From NCBI GenBank assembly GCA_017518415.1, contig JAFWVC010000060.1:13947-77946 (forward strand): a stretch of 64,000 nt of DNA. The letters are read 5' to 3'. The notes under the pieces are model-generated. The model was not told where the DNA came from, did not search any database, and saw nothing but the letters and a program-made list of their open reading frames with translations. Below, in pieces: positions 63,063-64,000 of this stretch (positions are counted from its first letter, which is position 1; each line of letters begins with the position of its first letter). The DNA is from Clostridia bacterium. GTDB lineage: Bacteria; Bacillota; Clostridia; Oscillospirales; Acutalibacteraceae. A program made the position numbers and the translations under genes.

Positions 63063-64000
63063 GTTGCTCCCTTTCCCGGTCAGCCTGTCGCTGCCGTATG
63101 ATCACTTCGTTGTACAATGCCAGCGTGTCGGGATGAATCACCCGGCGCTTATCAGCCAGATCGCGCAGCGTATACGCCAGCGCGTAACGCAGCGCCTCAT
63201 CCGTGTCGGTCAGCACCAGCCGCCGCATCACGTCCACATCGGGATATTGCCGGTCTTCGGAGGTGAAGTCGGCCAGGAAGACCGCCGTTTCCAGCGGAGA
63301 CATGCCGGCCCGGCCGGTGGTGTGATACCGCACGGCGTTGAGCACGTCCGGATCGTCGAAGCCGAGGATCCGCTCCAGAAAAGCAGCGCCCGCTTTGGCG
63401 TGCAGCAACTGCGGCGTTTCCCGTTCCGCCGGTTCTATCAGTATACCAAAATCCCCGAGCATTTGCAACAGGGTTTCGGCGGGTGTGTCCTTCAAAATAT
63501 CGTGCATCAGCCCGGCCAGACGCGCCTTGGCGGGGTCTGCCCCGAGCCGCCCGGCCAGTTTCTGCGCCTGCTCGGCCACCGCCAGCGAGTGCGCGTAGCG
63601 CTGCTTGCCCAACCGGCCCGAAAGGATCTGCTTGTATTGCTCCTCCGGATCCATCCCGTGGCGGCGGCGGTACAGCCCTTTTTCCTTGATATACGCGGCA
63701 ACGGCCGGCGGTGTGAGGCTTTCGGCCAGCGCCGGCTCCGCCCGCAGGGCGGTGGAACTGGCGGCGTACAGCGGCACCGGCTCGATCACGCAGACGGCGC
63801 CCCTTTCCTCCAGCTCGGCGGCATAGGCACGCAGCTGTTCAACGGTCACGTCGTCCCGCGGGGCGGCGCACAACACCGCCGTGCGGGCGATCTGCTCAAA
63901 GCGGTTCCAGGTGCCGACGGTCAGGAACATATCGGCCCCCATGAGCAGGTACAGCTGCGCCTGCGGATACACCTGCTGCAACTGTGCGAGAGTATCCGCG
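63052..64000 (-). CDS. nadD: nicotinate-nucleotide adenylyltransferase fused in frame to YqeK HD-domain phosphohydrolase (5' end outside the window)
   Basis: A single open frame. The NadD C-terminal half (LLMGADMF...SSTALR...VAAYIKEKGLY) runs without a stop into YqeK (RYAHSLAVAEQAQKLA...AGLMHDILKD...RYHTTG). Confidence 0.75.
   Translation of the reverse strand, partial: ADTLAQLQQVYPQAQLYLLMGADMFLTVGTWNRFEQIARTAVLCAAPRDDVTVEQLRAYAAELEERGAVCVIEPVPLYAASSTALRAEPALAESLTPPAVAAYIKEKGLYRRRHGMDPEEQYKQILSGRLGKQRYAHSLAVAEQAQKLAGRLGADPAKARLAGLMHDILKDTPAETLLQMLGDFGILIEPAERETPQLLHAKAGAAFLERILGFDDPDVLNAVRYHTTGRAGMSPLETAVFLADFTSEDRQYPDVDVMRRLVLTDTDEALRYALAYTLRDLADKRRVIHPDTLALYNEVIIRQRQADREREQHGQ

Overview
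A visibly GC-rich chromosomal segment of a spore-forming Firmicute, probably Clostridia (Oscillospiraceae/Ruminococcaceae-like). The taxonomic markers are T-box leaders, a PASTA Ser/Thr kinase, ytfJ/ytfI sporulation genes and remA. All calls come from reading the ORF translations and DNA by eye; no database search was run, so family names (DUF/PF numbers) are recollections.

Layout:
- 0-3 kb: mutS2 3' end, nnrD and two lipoproteins.
- 3.1-15.2 kb, + strand: two consecutive T-box-controlled operons. The first encodes a catalytically degenerate isopropylmalate-synthase-like protein and a TIM-barrel::adenylate-forming fusion. The second encodes an HTH-cupin::acyl-CoA-synthetase fusion, a P-loop ATPase, a four-subunit 2-oxoacid:ferredoxin oxidoreductase, a C-N hydrolase and ilvE.
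- 15.3-64 kb: almost entirely minus strand.
  - An unannotated 42-aa sORF and two tandem paralogous secreted modular proteins.
  - SDR, fba, a duplicated CxxC...CLPH protein and a trio of DnaA boxes.
  - A Zn-ribbon/coiled-coil/PD-(D/E)xK-like protein, tRNA-Ala(GGC), rsmI and uvrC.
  - A two-component system with a beta-helix lipoprotein.
  - A long housekeeping block: rsgA-prkC-stp-rlmN-rsmB-fmt-def-priA-rpoZ-gmk-remA-yicC.
  - A biotin transcarboxylase trio, then rluB, dac, ytfJ/ytfI, scpAB, rpmB, an orphan MsmK-like ATPase, aroQ, rpsU, leuS, rsfS, an LCP protein and a nadD::yqeK fusion.

No CRISPR array, transposase, integrase or phage module was seen. The most interesting material is the pair of T-box operons (a candidate branched-chain amino-acid route by reductive carboxylation, built from unusual fusion proteins). 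Next is the sORF plus paralogous secreted-protein locus, then the DnaA-box trio. Many long ORFs in the supplied track are antisense artefacts of high GC content.
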